Source: an uncultured Acidobacteriota bacterium
GTDB taxonomy: Bacteria; Acidobacteriota; Thermoanaerobaculia; Gp7-AA8
Direction of reading: 5' to 3'
NCBI GenBank assembly: GCA_963741955.1
Contig: CAVUKB010000010.1
Span: 160,001-224,000 of the forward strand
DNA: 64,000 nt
The notes beneath the pieces are model-generated. The model had not been told where the DNA came from. It worked only from the letters and a program-made list of their open reading frames with translations, and ran no database searches. Position numbers and translations under genes: made by a program. Below are positions 8,064 to 18,268 of this stretch, piece after piece; the first letter of the stretch is position 1, and every line of letters starts with the position of its first letter.

Positions 8064-8996
8064 ATGGCTCAGATCACAGCAGCCCAGGTGAAGGAGCTTC
8101 GCGAGCTCACCGGAGCAGGCATGATGGACTGCAAAAGCGCTCTCGCGGAGGCCAACGGCAATCTCGAGGAAGCCACCAAGATCCTTCGCAAGAAAGGTCT
8201 CGCTGCAGCTGCCAAGAAGGCGAGCCGGACTGCGACCGAGGGCCAGGTCCTGGCGCACCTGGAGGAGCACGACGCGGTACTCGTCGAAGTGAACTGCGAA
8301 ACCGACTTCGTCGCGCAGACCGACGAGTTCCGTGAGCTCGCCGACGGCATCGCCGCGATCATCGCTTCGACCGGAGTCTCTTCGGTCGAGCAGCTCATGG
8401 AGCAGAAATGGCCCGGCGACGCGGAAGGTCACACCGTGGCTCAGGTGATCTCATCGAGGATCGCCAAAATCGGCGAGAACATCACCGTTCGGCGCTTCGT
8501 CCACTACAAGCGTGCCGAAAATGCGGTGTTCGGATACTACATTCACGCCAACGGGAAGATCGGCGTTCTGGTCGAAGTCAAGACTTCCCCCGGCGGCGCC
8601 CCGACCGAGGCTGCGGAAGCTCTGGCGAAAGAGATCGCCATGCACGCCGCCGCTGCGGAGCCGCGGTTCGTCCGGCGGGACGAGGTCACCGAGAATGACC
8701 TCGCGACCGAGCGCGAGATCGCTCGCGATCAGGCGCTCAAGTCGGGAAAGCCCGAGGCGGTGGTGGAAAAGATCGTTGCTGGAAAGATGGAGAAGTTCTA
8801 CGGTGAGCTCGTTCTTCTCGAGCAGCCTTACGTGCGGGACGACAAGATGACGGTTGCCAATCTCGTCGCCCAGAGAGGCAAAGAGGCGGGTGCGAATTTC
8901 GAAGTGCTTCGCTTCACCCGTTTCAAGCTCGGCGAAGGTCTGCAGAAGCGATCCGATGACTTCGCCGCCGAAGTCATGGCTCAGGTGCAGAGCTGA
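8064..8996 (+). CDS. tsf: Elongation factor Ts
   Basis: VKELRELTGAGMMDCK, EVNCETDFVA. Confidence 0.99.
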   Translation: MAQITAAQVKELRELTGAGMMDCKSALAEANGNLEEATKILRKKGLAAAAKKASRTATEGQVLAHLEEHDAVLVEVNCETDFVAQTDEFRELADGIAAIIASTGVSSVEQLMEQKWPGDAEGHTVAQVISSRIAKIGENITVRRFVHYKRAENAVFGYYIHANGKIGVLVEVKTSPGGAPTEAAEALAKEIAMHAAAAEPRFVRRDEVTENDLATEREIARDQALKSGKPEAVVEKIVAGKMEKFYGELVLLEQPYVRDDKMTVANLVAQRGKEAGANFEVLRFTRFKLGEGLQKRSDDFAAEVMAQVQS

Positions 8997-9122
8997 CCCG
9001 ATTCCCCCTCGCGTGCTGATGCGGCGTTCGAGGCCGCCTGCCGTTTCTCGAACCTTGGCGCCCGGTTTTCGGACCGGGCGCTGTCGTATGCTGTGGTATA
9101 AATCACGATTCTGGAGCCGTGG

Positions 9123-9878
9123 ATGAGCGAAGATCCCCGCCCGAAGTTCAAACGTATCCTTCTGAAACTCTCGGGCGAAGCCCTCATGGGCGAGCGTGCC
9201 TACGGCATCGAGTCGGAGACTCTCGCCACCATTGCCGATGAACTGGTCAGCATCCAGTCCCTCGGTGTCCAGGTCGCGATCGTCATCGGTGGCGGAAACA
9301 TCTTCCGGGGCGTCACCGGTGCGACCACCGGGATCGACCGGGCGGTCGGGGACCAGATGGGAATGCTGGCGACCGTGATCAACGGTCTCGCGCTCCAGGA
9401 CGCTCTCGAGCGTCGCGGCGTCGCCACCCGCGTCGCAACCGCCATCACCATGCCCGGCGTGGCCGAACCGTTCATTCGCCGCCGCGTCCTCCGGCATCTG
9501 GAAAAGGGACGGGTGGTGATCTGCGCGGCCGGGACGGGAAATCCGTTTTTCACGACCGATTCGGCCGCGGCGTTGCGGGCGGCCGAGCTCAAATGCGACA
9601 TCATTTTCAAAGCCACGAAGGTGGATGGTATCTACACTGCCGATCCGCACAAGGATCCGAACGCGCAGAAAATCCCGCGGATGACGTATCAGCGGGTTCT
9701 TGCCGACCGTCTCAACGTGATGGACGCCTCGGCGATCGACCTCGCCCGGGGCAGCGCGATTCCGATCTGCGTGTTCTCACTCCGTGAACGCGGAAACATT
9801 CGCAGAGCCGTTCTGGGAGATGAAGTCGGCTCGATCGTGACGGATGAACCGGACCCCGTGACGGTGGGAGGAGAGTGA
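9123..9878 (+). CDS. pyrH: UMP kinase
   Basis: LLKLSGEAL, GGGNIFRG, GTGNPFFTTD. Confidence 0.99.
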   Translation: MSEDPRPKFKRILLKLSGEALMGERAYGIESETLATIADELVSIQSLGVQVAIVIGGGNIFRGVTGATTGIDRAVGDQMGMLATVINGLALQDALERRGVATRVATAITMPGVAEPFIRRRVLRHLEKGRVVICAAGTGNPFFTTDSAAALRAAELKCDIIFKATKVDGIYTADPHKDPNAQKIPRMTYQRVLADRLNVMDASAIDLARGSAIPICVFSLRERGNIRRAVLGDEVGSIVTDEPDPVTVGGE

Positions 9879-10438
9879 TGGAAGTCAGGAATCTTTTGAA
9901 GGATCTCGAACGACGGATGCACGGAGCGATCGAAGCGCTCCATGCGGAATTCAGACAGCTGCGGACCGGTCGCGCGTCGACCTCGATGCTGGACGGAGTC
10001 GTGGTGAACTACTACGGAACCGACACGCCGCTGAACCAGGTCGCGTCGTTGAACGTTCCGGAGTCTTCGATGATCGTCGCTCAGCCGTGGGACAAATCGT
10101 TGATTCCGGCCATCGAAAAGGCGATCCGCAACTCCGATCTCGGCTTGAATCCGTCGAGCGACGGAACGGTGGTGCGCATTCCGATCCCCCCTCTGACCGA
10201 GGAGCGGCGACGGGAGCTCACCAAGAAGGCGCATCACATGTCCGAAGAGGCGCGCACCGCGATCCGTCAGGTGCGCCGGGACGGAAATGACAAGCTCAAG
10301 AAGATGGAGAAGGAACACCAGATCTCACAGGATGACGAGAAGCGAGGGATGGAAGAGATCCAGAAGCTGACCGACCGGTTCGTGAAAGAGGTCGACGATC
10401 ATCTGAAGAACAAGGAAGCGGAGATCATGGAGGTCTGA
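9878..10438 (+). CDS. frr: Ribosome recycling factor
   Basis: RTGRAS, PPLTEERR; GTG 9875 is an alternative start. Confidence 0.99.
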   Translation: MEVRNLLKDLERRMHGAIEALHAEFRQLRTGRASTSMLDGVVVNYYGTDTPLNQVASLNVPESSMIVAQPWDKSLIPAIEKAIRNSDLGLNPSSDGTVVRIPIPPLTEERRRELTKKAHHMSEEARTAIRQVRRDGNDKLKKMEKEHQISQDDEKRGMEEIQKLTDRFVKEVDDHLKNKEAEIMEV

Positions 10439-10529
10439 CGGATTGTTTTCCTCTCCTCAGTGAGGAGGCGAGGCGTCTTCACGTGCTTCGCCGGTTTCGT
10501 GAGCACCGCCGAGACGCGGGAGTCGAAAC

Positions 10530-11216
10530 ATGAAGTGCGCAGTCGTCATCCCGGCCGCCGGAAGCGGTCTCCGATTCGGGAGCGAGACTCCCAAGCAGTA
10601 CCTCCCTCTGCGGGGACGTCCCCTGATTGCATACGCGGTCGAAAAGTTCCTCGGGCAGGAGTGCGTCGAACAATTGATCATCTGCGCCTCCGACGTTTAT
10701 CACCCGACGCTTCGCGACATGATCCGGGAGTTCTCGTGGCGCGACGTCACCCTGGTCGAAGGTGGGCTGAGCCGGCAGCACTCCGTTCACAACGGAGTCC
10801 GCGCCGCCGCGGAAGAGTGCCAGATGGTCGCGATTCACGATGCGGTACGCCCCTTTTTTGCAGCGGACACGTTCCGTTCGGTGCTCGCAGCAGCAGCGTC
10901 GTGCGGCGCTGCACTTCCGGTACGCTCGATCAACGAAACAGTTCACGAAGTGATCGGCGGGAAGATCGAACAGACCATCGATCGCGACCGTCTTCGAGCT
11001 GCCCAGACACCGCAGTGTTTTCGACGCCGGATCCTTCTGGAGGCTCTCGAGAGAGCGATCCGTGACGGTTTCGTCGGAACAGACGAGGCCTCGCTAGTTG
11101 CCCACTACGGCCACGAAGTTCGTGCAGTCGAAGGGGACTCGATGAACCTGAAGATCACCCGCCCGGAAGATCTCCGTTGCGCTGAGGCGAACTTCGAGCT
11201 CTGGAGCCGGCCGTGA
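10530..11216 (+). CDS. ispD: 2-C-methyl-D-erythritol 4-phosphate cytidylyltransferase
   Basis: IPAAGSGLRF, PKQY, IHDAVRP, QTPQ, KITRPEDL. Confidence 0.97.
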   Translation: MKCAVVIPAAGSGLRFGSETPKQYLPLRGRPLIAYAVEKFLGQECVEQLIICASDVYHPTLRDMIREFSWRDVTLVEGGLSRQHSVHNGVRAAAEECQMVAIHDAVRPFFAADTFRSVLAAAASCGAALPVRSINETVHEVIGGKIEQTIDRDRLRAAQTPQCFRRRILLEALERAIRDGFVGTDEASLVAHYGHEVRAVEGDSMNLKITRPEDLRCAEANFELWSRP

Positions 11217-11707
11217 TCCGTATAGGTCAGGGAGTGGACGTCCACGGCTTCGATCCATCGCGACCGCTGGTTCTGGGCGGGGTGCGGATCTCCGACGAGG
11301 GGGGACTGGGAGGGCACTCCGATGCCGACGCGGTTCTTCATGCCGTAACGGATGCCTTACTCGGAGCACTCGGCGCGGGTGACATCGGACAGTACTTTCC
11401 CTCCAGCGACGAACAGTGGCGCGGCGCCGACTCGTCCGTCTTCGTGCGTGAAGCGCTTCGGCTGATGGCGGCGGAACACGCGAACATCTCGAATCTCGAC
11501 GTGACGGTGATCGCGGAGCGGCCGCGGCTCGGGGCGCATCGAGACGCCATGACTGCGTCGCTCGCCGCGCTCCTCGAGATCGATCGATCTCGGGTCAACG
11601 TGAAGGCGACCACGACGGATCATCTCGGGTTCATCGGGCGCGCCGAGGGAATCTGTGCGCTCGCAGTCGTATTGATCGAGATCGGCGACACGGACGGGAG
11701 CGCCTGA
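11213..11707 (+). CDS. ispF: 2-C-methyl-D-erythritol 2,4-cyclodiphosphate synthase
   Basis: RIGQGVDVH, HSDAD, GDIG, NVKATT. Confidence 0.98.
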   Translation: MIRIGQGVDVHGFDPSRPLVLGGVRISDEGGLGGHSDADAVLHAVTDALLGALGAGDIGQYFPSSDEQWRGADSSVFVREALRLMAAEHANISNLDVTVIAERPRLGAHRDAMTASLAALLEIDRSRVNVKATTTDHLGFIGRAEGICALAVVLIEIGDTDGSA

Positions 11708-11799
11708 GGCACTCGCACCGCAGTACGCCATCCGCGAAACGCGGAGAGAACTCTGAACCACTACACTATCGTTCGACACTTCAAGGGGGAGATCCGCAG

Positions 11800-13323
11800 T
11801 TGTCTGAGAATGTCCGTGTCCGATTCGCCCCATCGCCAACCGGCCATCTGCACGTCGGCGGGGCCCGCACTGCCATATTCAACTGGCTCTTCGCTTCCCA
11901 TCACGGCGGCACCCTGGTCCTCCGAGTCGAAGACACCGACCAGGCGCGGTCGACGGTCGAGTCGGAGCAGATGGTCCTGGACGATCTGCGGTGGCTTGGA
12001 GTGGAGTGGAATGAAGGCCCGGACGTCGGCGGACCGCATCACCCGTACCGCCAGTCGGAGCGGATGCATCTTCACCGCGAATACGCGGAGAAGCTCGTTT
12101 CCGATGGCCTCGCCTACCGCTGTTTCTGCAACGAGGAGGATCTCGAGCGGAAGCGTCGCGAGGCGGAGGCTGCGGGACGGGCGCCGCACTACGACCTCGG
12201 GTGCTTTCGCCTGACGGGCGAAATGGTCGAGGAGCGTCGGAGCGAAGGGCTGCCGCACGTGATCCGCTTTCATGTCCCGAAGGAGCGGGAGGCGAAGTTC
12301 GATGCGGACGTCACGATCCATGACCTCATCCGCGGCGACGTCACCTGGAAGAAGGAGATGCTGGGCGACTTCATCATCCTTCGTTCCGACGGCATGCCGA
12401 CGTACAACTTCTCGGTAGTCTGTGACGACCACGATATGGAGATCACTCACGTGGTTCGTGCCGAGGAGCACCTGACGAACACCCACCGGCAGGTACTGCT
12501 GTACAGAGCATTCGGATGGGCCGTTCCGCAGTTCGCGCACGTCTCTCTCATCCTGGGCGAGGATCGGACGAAGCTCTCCAAGCGGCATGGCGCCACATCC
12601 GTCTCGGCGTACGCGGAGGAGGGTTATCTGCCGGATGCGCTCTTCAATTACCTGACGCTTCTCGGCTGGTCCGCCCCGAACGGAGAGGAGATCTTCACGC
12701 GGGCGTATGCCGCCGAGAACTTCACTCTGGAAAGGGTGAACGACTCTCCCGCCATATTCGATGTTCGCAAGTTCACCTGGATGAACGGGCAGTACATCCA
12801 GGCCATGGCTCCCGCCGAGTTACGAGCCAGACTGATGGGACGCTTCATCGACGCGGGGTGGGTTCGCGGGACCGCCATGCCGGAAGTCGAGCAGTGGCTG
12901 GAGCAGGCGGTGGCGTCGGTTCAGAAAGGACGCTCGACTCTCGACGAGTTCGTCCCGGCGCTCGCGTTTTTCTTCCTTCTCGATCCCGGAAAAGTGATCG
13001 AGGAGACGGACAACAGCGAAGTTCTTGCGGATGAATCGGCGCTCGGGCTGATTCGCGCGATGAAAGAGGATCTCGAGCGCAACGGCGCCCCGAGAGATGC
13101 GGAGGGATATGCCGCAATGACGGAACGGCTGAAGGCGGAGACCGGATTGAAAGGGAAGAAGCTCTTCATGCCGCTCCGGGTCGCGCTGACCGGCTCGACG
13201 CACGGCCCCGAACTGCAGCGAGCGGTACCTCTGATGCAGCTCGGCAGCGAGATCGAAGGCCTCGCTCCGGTCGCCGCACCGGCCGAGCGTGTCGCACGTT
13301 TGCTCGACCATCTCGAACGATGA
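11800..13323 (+). CDS. gltX: Glutamate--tRNA ligase
   Basis: RFAPSPTGHLHVGG, KLSKR; TTG start. Confidence 0.98.
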   Translation: MSENVRVRFAPSPTGHLHVGGARTAIFNWLFASHHGGTLVLRVEDTDQARSTVESEQMVLDDLRWLGVEWNEGPDVGGPHHPYRQSERMHLHREYAEKLVSDGLAYRCFCNEEDLERKRREAEAAGRAPHYDLGCFRLTGEMVEERRSEGLPHVIRFHVPKEREAKFDADVTIHDLIRGDVTWKKEMLGDFIILRSDGMPTYNFSVVCDDHDMEITHVVRAEEHLTNTHRQVLLYRAFGWAVPQFAHVSLILGEDRTKLSKRHGATSVSAYAEEGYLPDALFNYLTLLGWSAPNGEEIFTRAYAAENFTLERVNDSPAIFDVRKFTWMNGQYIQAMAPAELRARLMGRFIDAGWVRGTAMPEVEQWLEQAVASVQKGRSTLDEFVPALAFFFLLDPGKVIEETDNSEVLADESALGLIRAMKEDLERNGAPRDAEGYAAMTERLKAETGLKGKKLFMPLRVALTGSTHGPELQRAVPLMQLGSEIEGLAPVAAPAERVARLLDHLER

Positions 13324-14381
13324 TCTACGATCTTCTGAGGGCGGGGCTGTTCCGGCTCGAAGCCGAGCATGCCCACGAGCTGGTCTCGGCGCAGATGGAG
13401 CGTCTCGGTGAGATCTCGCTCCTTCGTGCAGCGCTCCGAGCGATCTATCGGGTTCCGGATCTCTCCCGCAAGCTCTGGGATCTTCATTTTCGAAATCCCC
13501 TCGGAATCGCGGCCGGCTTCGACAAGAACGCGACGATGGTCCCGTTCCTTCGAAGTCTCGGGTTCGGATTCGTCGAGGTGGGCACGGTGACTCTCGAGCC
13601 ACAGGCGGGAAATCCGCGGCCGCGCCTCTTCCGGATTCCCGACAGCGAGGCGTTGATCAACCGGATGGGATTCAACAACGACGGAGCGCGACTGGTTGTC
13701 GGCCGGCTCGAGGATCTCCGGCGGCGAAGTGCTGCAGCTGAAGAGACGCCGCTGCTGGTGAACATCGGAAAGAATCGGGATGTGCCGATTGCGGGTGCGA
13801 CCCGCTCCTACGCGGCGTGTTACCGTCTCCTCGCGCGGTGGGCGGATGGCGTCGTAGTGAATGTCTCCTCACCGAACACCCCGTCGCTGCGTGACCTTCA
13901 AGCCCCCGAACAACTGAAGGATCTGCTGATCGCCATGAGGAATGAGCGTGAATCGATCGTGTTCGACGGACCCGGTGTGCATCCGATTCTGGTGAAGATC
14001 GCGCCCGATCTGACCGAGCAGCAGGCTGACGAGGCCGCAGATGTCTGCCGCGGGCTTGCAGACGGGATGATCGCGACGAACACGACGATCTCGCGCGAAG
14101 GTTTGGTGCGCGAGGTCGAGCAGTCGGGCGGCCTCTCCGGCAAGCCGCTCTTCGAACGATCGACGGCGATTTTGAGACTTCTTCGAAAGCGAGTCGGGCC
14201 GGAGTATCCGCTGGTTGGGGTGGGAGGGATCTTCAGCGTCGAGGATGCGGCGGAGAAGATCGCGGCAGGCGCGGACCTCGTGCAGGCGTATACCGGTTTC
14301 ATCTACCAGGGCCCCGCGTTCGCATCGAAACTCGTTCGAGGTCTGGCTGGACGAATGGCAGGGAAGGGGGGACCTCGATGA
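13320..14381 (+). CDS. pyrD: Quinone-dependent dihydroorotate dehydrogenase (class 2)
   Basis: AAGFDKN, INRMGFNN, NVSSPNTP, KIAPDL, GGLSG. Confidence 0.97.
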   Translation: MIYDLLRAGLFRLEAEHAHELVSAQMERLGEISLLRAALRAIYRVPDLSRKLWDLHFRNPLGIAAGFDKNATMVPFLRSLGFGFVEVGTVTLEPQAGNPRPRLFRIPDSEALINRMGFNNDGARLVVGRLEDLRRRSAAAEETPLLVNIGKNRDVPIAGATRSYAACYRLLARWADGVVVNVSSPNTPSLRDLQAPEQLKDLLIAMRNERESIVFDGPGVHPILVKIAPDLTEQQADEAADVCRGLADGMIATNTTISREGLVREVEQSGGLSGKPLFERSTAILRLLRKRVGPEYPLVGVGGIFSVEDAAEKIAAGADLVQAYTGFIYQGPAFASKLVRGLAGRMAGKGGPR

Positions 14382-15100
14382 TCATCTACGGGTGGAATCC
14401 GGTACGGGAGGCGATCCGGTCGGATCCGTCGCGAATCCGGTTCGTCGCCGTCGCCCAGGGTGAGGAGCACGGGAAGCGCGCTCGTCTCGTTGCCGAACTG
14501 AAGGACGCGGGTGTCCCGGTGCGGTATCTGCCGAAGGCTCGACTCGACCGGCTCGCGGAGGGAGGCGTCCACAACGGTGTCGTGGCAGAGGTCGCATCCG
14601 TCGGCTACGCGGATTTCGAGGAGAAGGTGCGGGAAGAGGGACTCCGCTTCGTGCTGCTGCTCGATCAGATTCAGGATCCACAGAATGTCGGGGCGATTCT
14701 CAGGGTCGCCGACGCGATGGGAGTGGACCTGGTGGCGATGACCGAGCACGACAGCGCGGGGCTGACACCGGTCGTGGTGAAGGCTTCTGCCGGAGCGGCG
14801 GAGTGGGTCCCGGTGGCCCAGGTGACGAACCTCTCCCGAGCCATCGAGAGCCTGAAGGAATCGGGATTCTGGGTGTACGGTGCGGACGGGTCGGGGGACG
14901 AGCTCAGTGGGATTGATCTCCGCGGGAAGGTCGCTCTGGTGCTGGGAAGCGAAGGAGGAGGGATCCGGAAGAATGTGCGGGCGCATTGCGACCGGCTGGT
15001 GCGGATCCCGATGCGGGGGAAAGTGGAGTCTTTGAATGTCGCGACGGCGGCGGCGGTTCTGGCATACGAGGTCGACCGGCAGAACCGGGAAGAATCCTGA
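14378..15100 (+). CDS. rlmB: 23S rRNA (G2251-2'-O)-methyltransferase
   Basis: QDPQNVGAILR, LGSEG, ESLNV SPOUT motifs. Confidence 0.93.
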   Translation: MIIYGWNPVREAIRSDPSRIRFVAVAQGEEHGKRARLVAELKDAGVPVRYLPKARLDRLAEGGVHNGVVAEVASVGYADFEEKVREEGLRFVLLLDQIQDPQNVGAILRVADAMGVDLVAMTEHDSAGLTPVVVKASAGAAEWVPVAQVTNLSRAIESLKESGFWVYGADGSGDELSGIDLRGKVALVLGSEGGGIRKNVRAHCDRLVRIPMRGKVESLNVATAAAVLAYEVDRQNREES

Positions 15101-15122
15101 TGGGAAACGCGATTTCGTGGGC

Positions 15123-17216
15123 GTGAACGTCTCGGAGCCATCAATTCGAAGCCGCTCGTTCGCGGGCGGTGTCATGCTGATCATCGTCGCGGTCGGATTC
15201 GCACTGAGGCTTCGCATTCAGAACGGCGCCGCACTTCCGAGCAGCGATCCGGTGCTGTGGCACCTGGTGGGCCTGGTTCAGGACCTCGCCGTGGGAGCGG
15301 TGGTGGCGTTGCTGGTTCTCGGGTCCGGGTTCAGTCGCAGATTCGAACGAGTCGGCCGGTGGGCGGCCGGCTCGCTGGTCCTTTTCTTCTCCCTTGCCGG
15401 ACTGGCGCGATCCGAGGCGATCATTCTGTTCGGAATGACGCCCCAGGCGGCTGACTTCGAAACCGGACCGGTGGGGACGGTGATCATTCGCTCGATCCGT
15501 GGATCGACCGGTCTGCTGCTTGCCATCACACTGGTGCTGGTCTGCGCCGCCCTCCTGATCGTGGCAATCCGGGCGAAGCGAGCGGTGCGGACATTTCAGA
15601 CACTCCGCGGTGCGGCTGCTGTTGCCGTGTTGTCCGCTCTCTTTCTGGCGCTCTTTCCGGTCCACTCGATTCACCGGGTCGAGACCGCGGAGGATCCTCT
15701 GGTCAGCCTGGTGCAGTTGGTCCGTGACCACCGAGAAGCCGAAGATGACACCGAGCTGCGACTGCGCGCTCCAGAGCTTCCCATTACGGCGGTCCGCGCA
15801 CTGATCGCTGGACAGCGTGGATCGGCGTTCACGGACCGGGATTTTCCGCTCGCGCACCTGAATGGTGTGCGCTCTCCGGATGCGCCGACTCTCCCGGCGG
15901 GATTCAAGCCCAATATCGTCTTTTTCGTCGTAGAGAGCCTTCGGGCGGAAGAAGTCGGATGCTACGGTGCTAACGTGCGGGGGGTCACACCCAACGTCGA
16001 CGCTCTCGCGGCGGAAGGAATCCGGATCGAGGACGTCTACAGTGCCGGGACCTACACGCCCGCTGGAGAGCTGGCCCTCTGGTATGGCCTGCTTCCGATT
16101 CCGGGCGAGATGCTGATGACTCGGCATCCGCTGACGAGGCTGACGGGCCTGCCGGAGATGCTTCGTGCCGCCGGTTGGAAATCGTTCCTGTGGATCTCCA
16201 ATACCGATCAGACCTTTTATCACCGCGCTCGATTCTACCGGCCGCGCGGGTTTCAGATGTTCGACGGGACCGACTTTCCGACCGATGACCCGAGGGTGAA
16301 CTGGGGATATTCCGACCGGGCGCTGGCGCGGCACGCAGTCGATTCAATCACGCGTCTGCAGGAACCGTTCGCGTCGATGGTCCTCACTGTGGACAATCAT
16401 CATCCGTATCAACTCCCTCCGGACGCAGGACCGAAATTGACCGGTCTCCCGTCTCCGAAACATGGGTATCGTCTGTTTCCGGGATCGGATCAGGCGTTCG
16501 GGCTTCACTCGAGCCAGATGATTCAGACGGTCCACTACTCGGATGAGGCACTCGGAGACTTCATCCAGCTCGCCCGGAAGCAGCCTTGGTTCTCGCGCAC
16601 GATTTTTGTGATCAGCGGCGATCATGGAATTCCGGTGGCGCCGCTCGGACGAGAGATCTCGACGATCCACGATCTCGCCGGGCTGCGGCATCACATTCCA
16701 CTGGTCTTCTATTCGCCGCTGCTACCGAAGGGGAGGGTCGTTCCCGGGCCGGCGAGCCAGGTCGATGTCATGCCGACGCTTCTCGGGCTGATGGGGATCG
16801 GAAGTCGGGCCCCGTCGATCGGGATCGACTTACTGGATCAGAAGAGATTCAATCCGGACCGCGCGGTCGTGTCGTGGAGCGAGCACGAGCGGATGCTGAA
16901 TATTGCGAAGGGGGATCTCGTCTATCACGCGGTGATCCCGGTGCGAGGTCTCAGCGGCGGATCCGAGCCGGTGGATGAGATCCTGATCAACTCGAAGAGG
17001 GATCCGGAAGGGAGGCGGAACCTGGCGACGGAGGAGCCTGGTACGATCGAGACGTTCCGGCGGATCGCAAGGGCGTACGACGAGGTCTATCCGTGGATCG
17101 TGCTGAACGGAGAATCGGGCCTTCCGCCCTCGGGGGGATCCGCAGAGGAGTCGGGTCCGGCTGGCCTTGGGCTGAGGCGCGCGAGCCGATCTCGCGTCTC
17201 AGTCGGTGCGGAATAA
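15123..17216 (+). CDS. LTA synthase/OpgB-like membrane-anchored sulfatase-fold transferase
   Basis: About five N-terminal TM segments, PNIVFFVVES, candidate catalytic Thr in GTYTPAGE, NHHPY, SGDHG; start uncertain. Confidence 0.85.
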   Translation: MNVSEPSIRSRSFAGGVMLIIVAVGFALRLRIQNGAALPSSDPVLWHLVGLVQDLAVGAVVALLVLGSGFSRRFERVGRWAAGSLVLFFSLAGLARSEAIILFGMTPQAADFETGPVGTVIIRSIRGSTGLLLAITLVLVCAALLIVAIRAKRAVRTFQTLRGAAAVAVLSALFLALFPVHSIHRVETAEDPLVSLVQLVRDHREAEDDTELRLRAPELPITAVRALIAGQRGSAFTDRDFPLAHLNGVRSPDAPTLPAGFKPNIVFFVVESLRAEEVGCYGANVRGVTPNVDALAAEGIRIEDVYSAGTYTPAGELALWYGLLPIPGEMLMTRHPLTRLTGLPEMLRAAGWKSFLWISNTDQTFYHRARFYRPRGFQMFDGTDFPTDDPRVNWGYSDRALARHAVDSITRLQEPFASMVLTVDNHHPYQLPPDAGPKLTGLPSPKHGYRLFPGSDQAFGLHSSQMIQTVHYSDEALGDFIQLARKQPWFSRTIFVISGDHGIPVAPLGREISTIHDLAGLRHHIPLVFYSPLLPKGRVVPGPASQVDVMPTLLGLMGIGSRAPSIGIDLLDQKRFNPDRAVVSWSEHERMLNIAKGDLVYHAVIPVRGLSGGSEPVDEILINSKRDPEGRRNLATEEPGTIETFRRIARAYDEVYPWIVLNGESGLPPSGGSAEESGPAGLGLRRASRSRVSVGAE

Positions 17217-17224
17217 CTCTCCTC

Positions 17225-17253
17225 TTGCGTTCCGTTAGGCAACTTGCTATAAG
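17225..17253 (+). promoter_or_regulatory. Candidate promoter of the tRNA cluster
   Basis: TTGCGT, 17-nt spacer, TATAAG with extended -10 TG. Confidence 0.5.
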
Positions 17254-17333
17254 GCTCAGTTCCCGACGCCTCGACGATCGGAGGCTGGGATACGCGCGCG
17301 TCCGGCGCGCGATAACTCATTGAAATATCGAGC

Positions 17334-17409
17334 GCTGGCATAGCTCAGTTGGTAGAGCAGCTGATTTGTAATCAGCAGGTCGCGGGTTCGAGTCCCGTCG
17401 CCAGCTCCA
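17334..17409 (+). tRNA. tRNA-Thr(TGT)
   Basis: Cloverleaf, anticodon loop TTTGTAA, TTCGA, encoded CCA; A7-C66 mismatch. Confidence 0.97.
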
Positions 17410-17478
17410 GACAAGAGTGTCGAGGTCCGCTGCGCCGGAAGGCCGGGCGGGTGGGGCTCGAGAGAGTTTGGTGAAAGT

Positions 17479-17565
17479 GGAGGCGTGCCCGAGTGGCTAA
17501 AGGGGGCAGACTGTAAATCTGTTGGCGTAATGCCTACGGTGGTTCGAATCCATCCGCCTCCACCA
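17479..17565 (+). tRNA. tRNA-Tyr(GTA)
   Basis: Long variable arm, anticodon loop CTGTAAA, encoded CCA. Confidence 0.97.
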
Positions 17566-17593
17566 TCAATTCATTTGTGTTCATTCGAGGTAA

Positions 17594-17668
17594 GCGGGAG
17601 TAACTCAGGGGTAGAGTCACAGCCTTCCAAGCTGTTGGTCGCGGGTTCGAATCCCGTCTCCCGCTCCA
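17594..17668 (+). tRNA. tRNA-Gly(TCC)
   Basis: GCGGGAG acceptor, anticodon loop CTTCCAA, encoded CCA. Confidence 0.97.
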
Positions 17669-17738
17669 TTTTGCGGTTGATCGCGGCAGTCCGCCGCCGA
17701 ATTGGCGGGATGGTTGCCGAGAGCCGAAAGGCTCGAGC

Positions 17739-17813
17739 GCCCTCGTAGCTCAGGGGTAGAGCACGTCCTTGGTAAGGACGGGGTCACGAGTTCAAATCTC
17801 GTCGAGGGCTCCA
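17739..17813 (+). tRNA. tRNA-Thr(GGT)
   Basis: GCCCTCG acceptor, anticodon loop TTGGTAA, encoded CCA. Confidence 0.97.
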
Positions 17814-17915
17814 TTTCCGTGGTCGAACTAAAGTGAGCGTCGCCGGGACGGGTCGAACGGCTCCGGGGTGGAACCACCGGGGCGGGCCCTGTCGTCGTGG
17901 CGTTTTGGAGAACAG

Positions 17916-18074
17916 ATGGCAGCAATTCGAGAAATCATTTCGCTTCAGTGCACCGAGTGCAAGCGTCGTAACTATTCGACGACGAAGAACCGCAAGAAGA
18001 CGACCGAGAAGCTCGAGCTGAAGAAGTTCTGCCGCTTCGACCGTCGGCACACGGTACACCGCGAAGCCAAGTAG
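17916..18074 (+). CDS. rpmG: 50S ribosomal protein L33
   Basis: [21 protein letters not shown]...LELKKFC...HTVHRE. Confidence 0.98.
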   Translation: MAAIREIISLQCTECKRRNYSTTKNRKKTTEKLELKKFCRFDRRHTVHREAK

Positions 18075-18142
18075 GAATAAGCCGTCGCCGGTCCGGATTG
18101 GAGCGGCCGGAATCGATCGGACTGACGGGCGGAGGAGAGTTC

Positions 18143-18218
18143 AGGCCAGTAGCTCAATTGGCAGAGCACCGGTCTCCAAAACCGGCGGTTGGGGGTTCAA
18201 GTCCCTCCTGGCCTGCCA
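18143..18218 (+). tRNA. tRNA-Trp(CCA)
   Basis: AGGCCAG acceptor, anticodon loop CTCCAAA, encoded CCA. Confidence 0.97.
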
Positions 18219-18268
18219 GCCCCTCCGGGCGACGGGTTCGAGAGCAGAAAGAGATCACTGGAGTCGAG

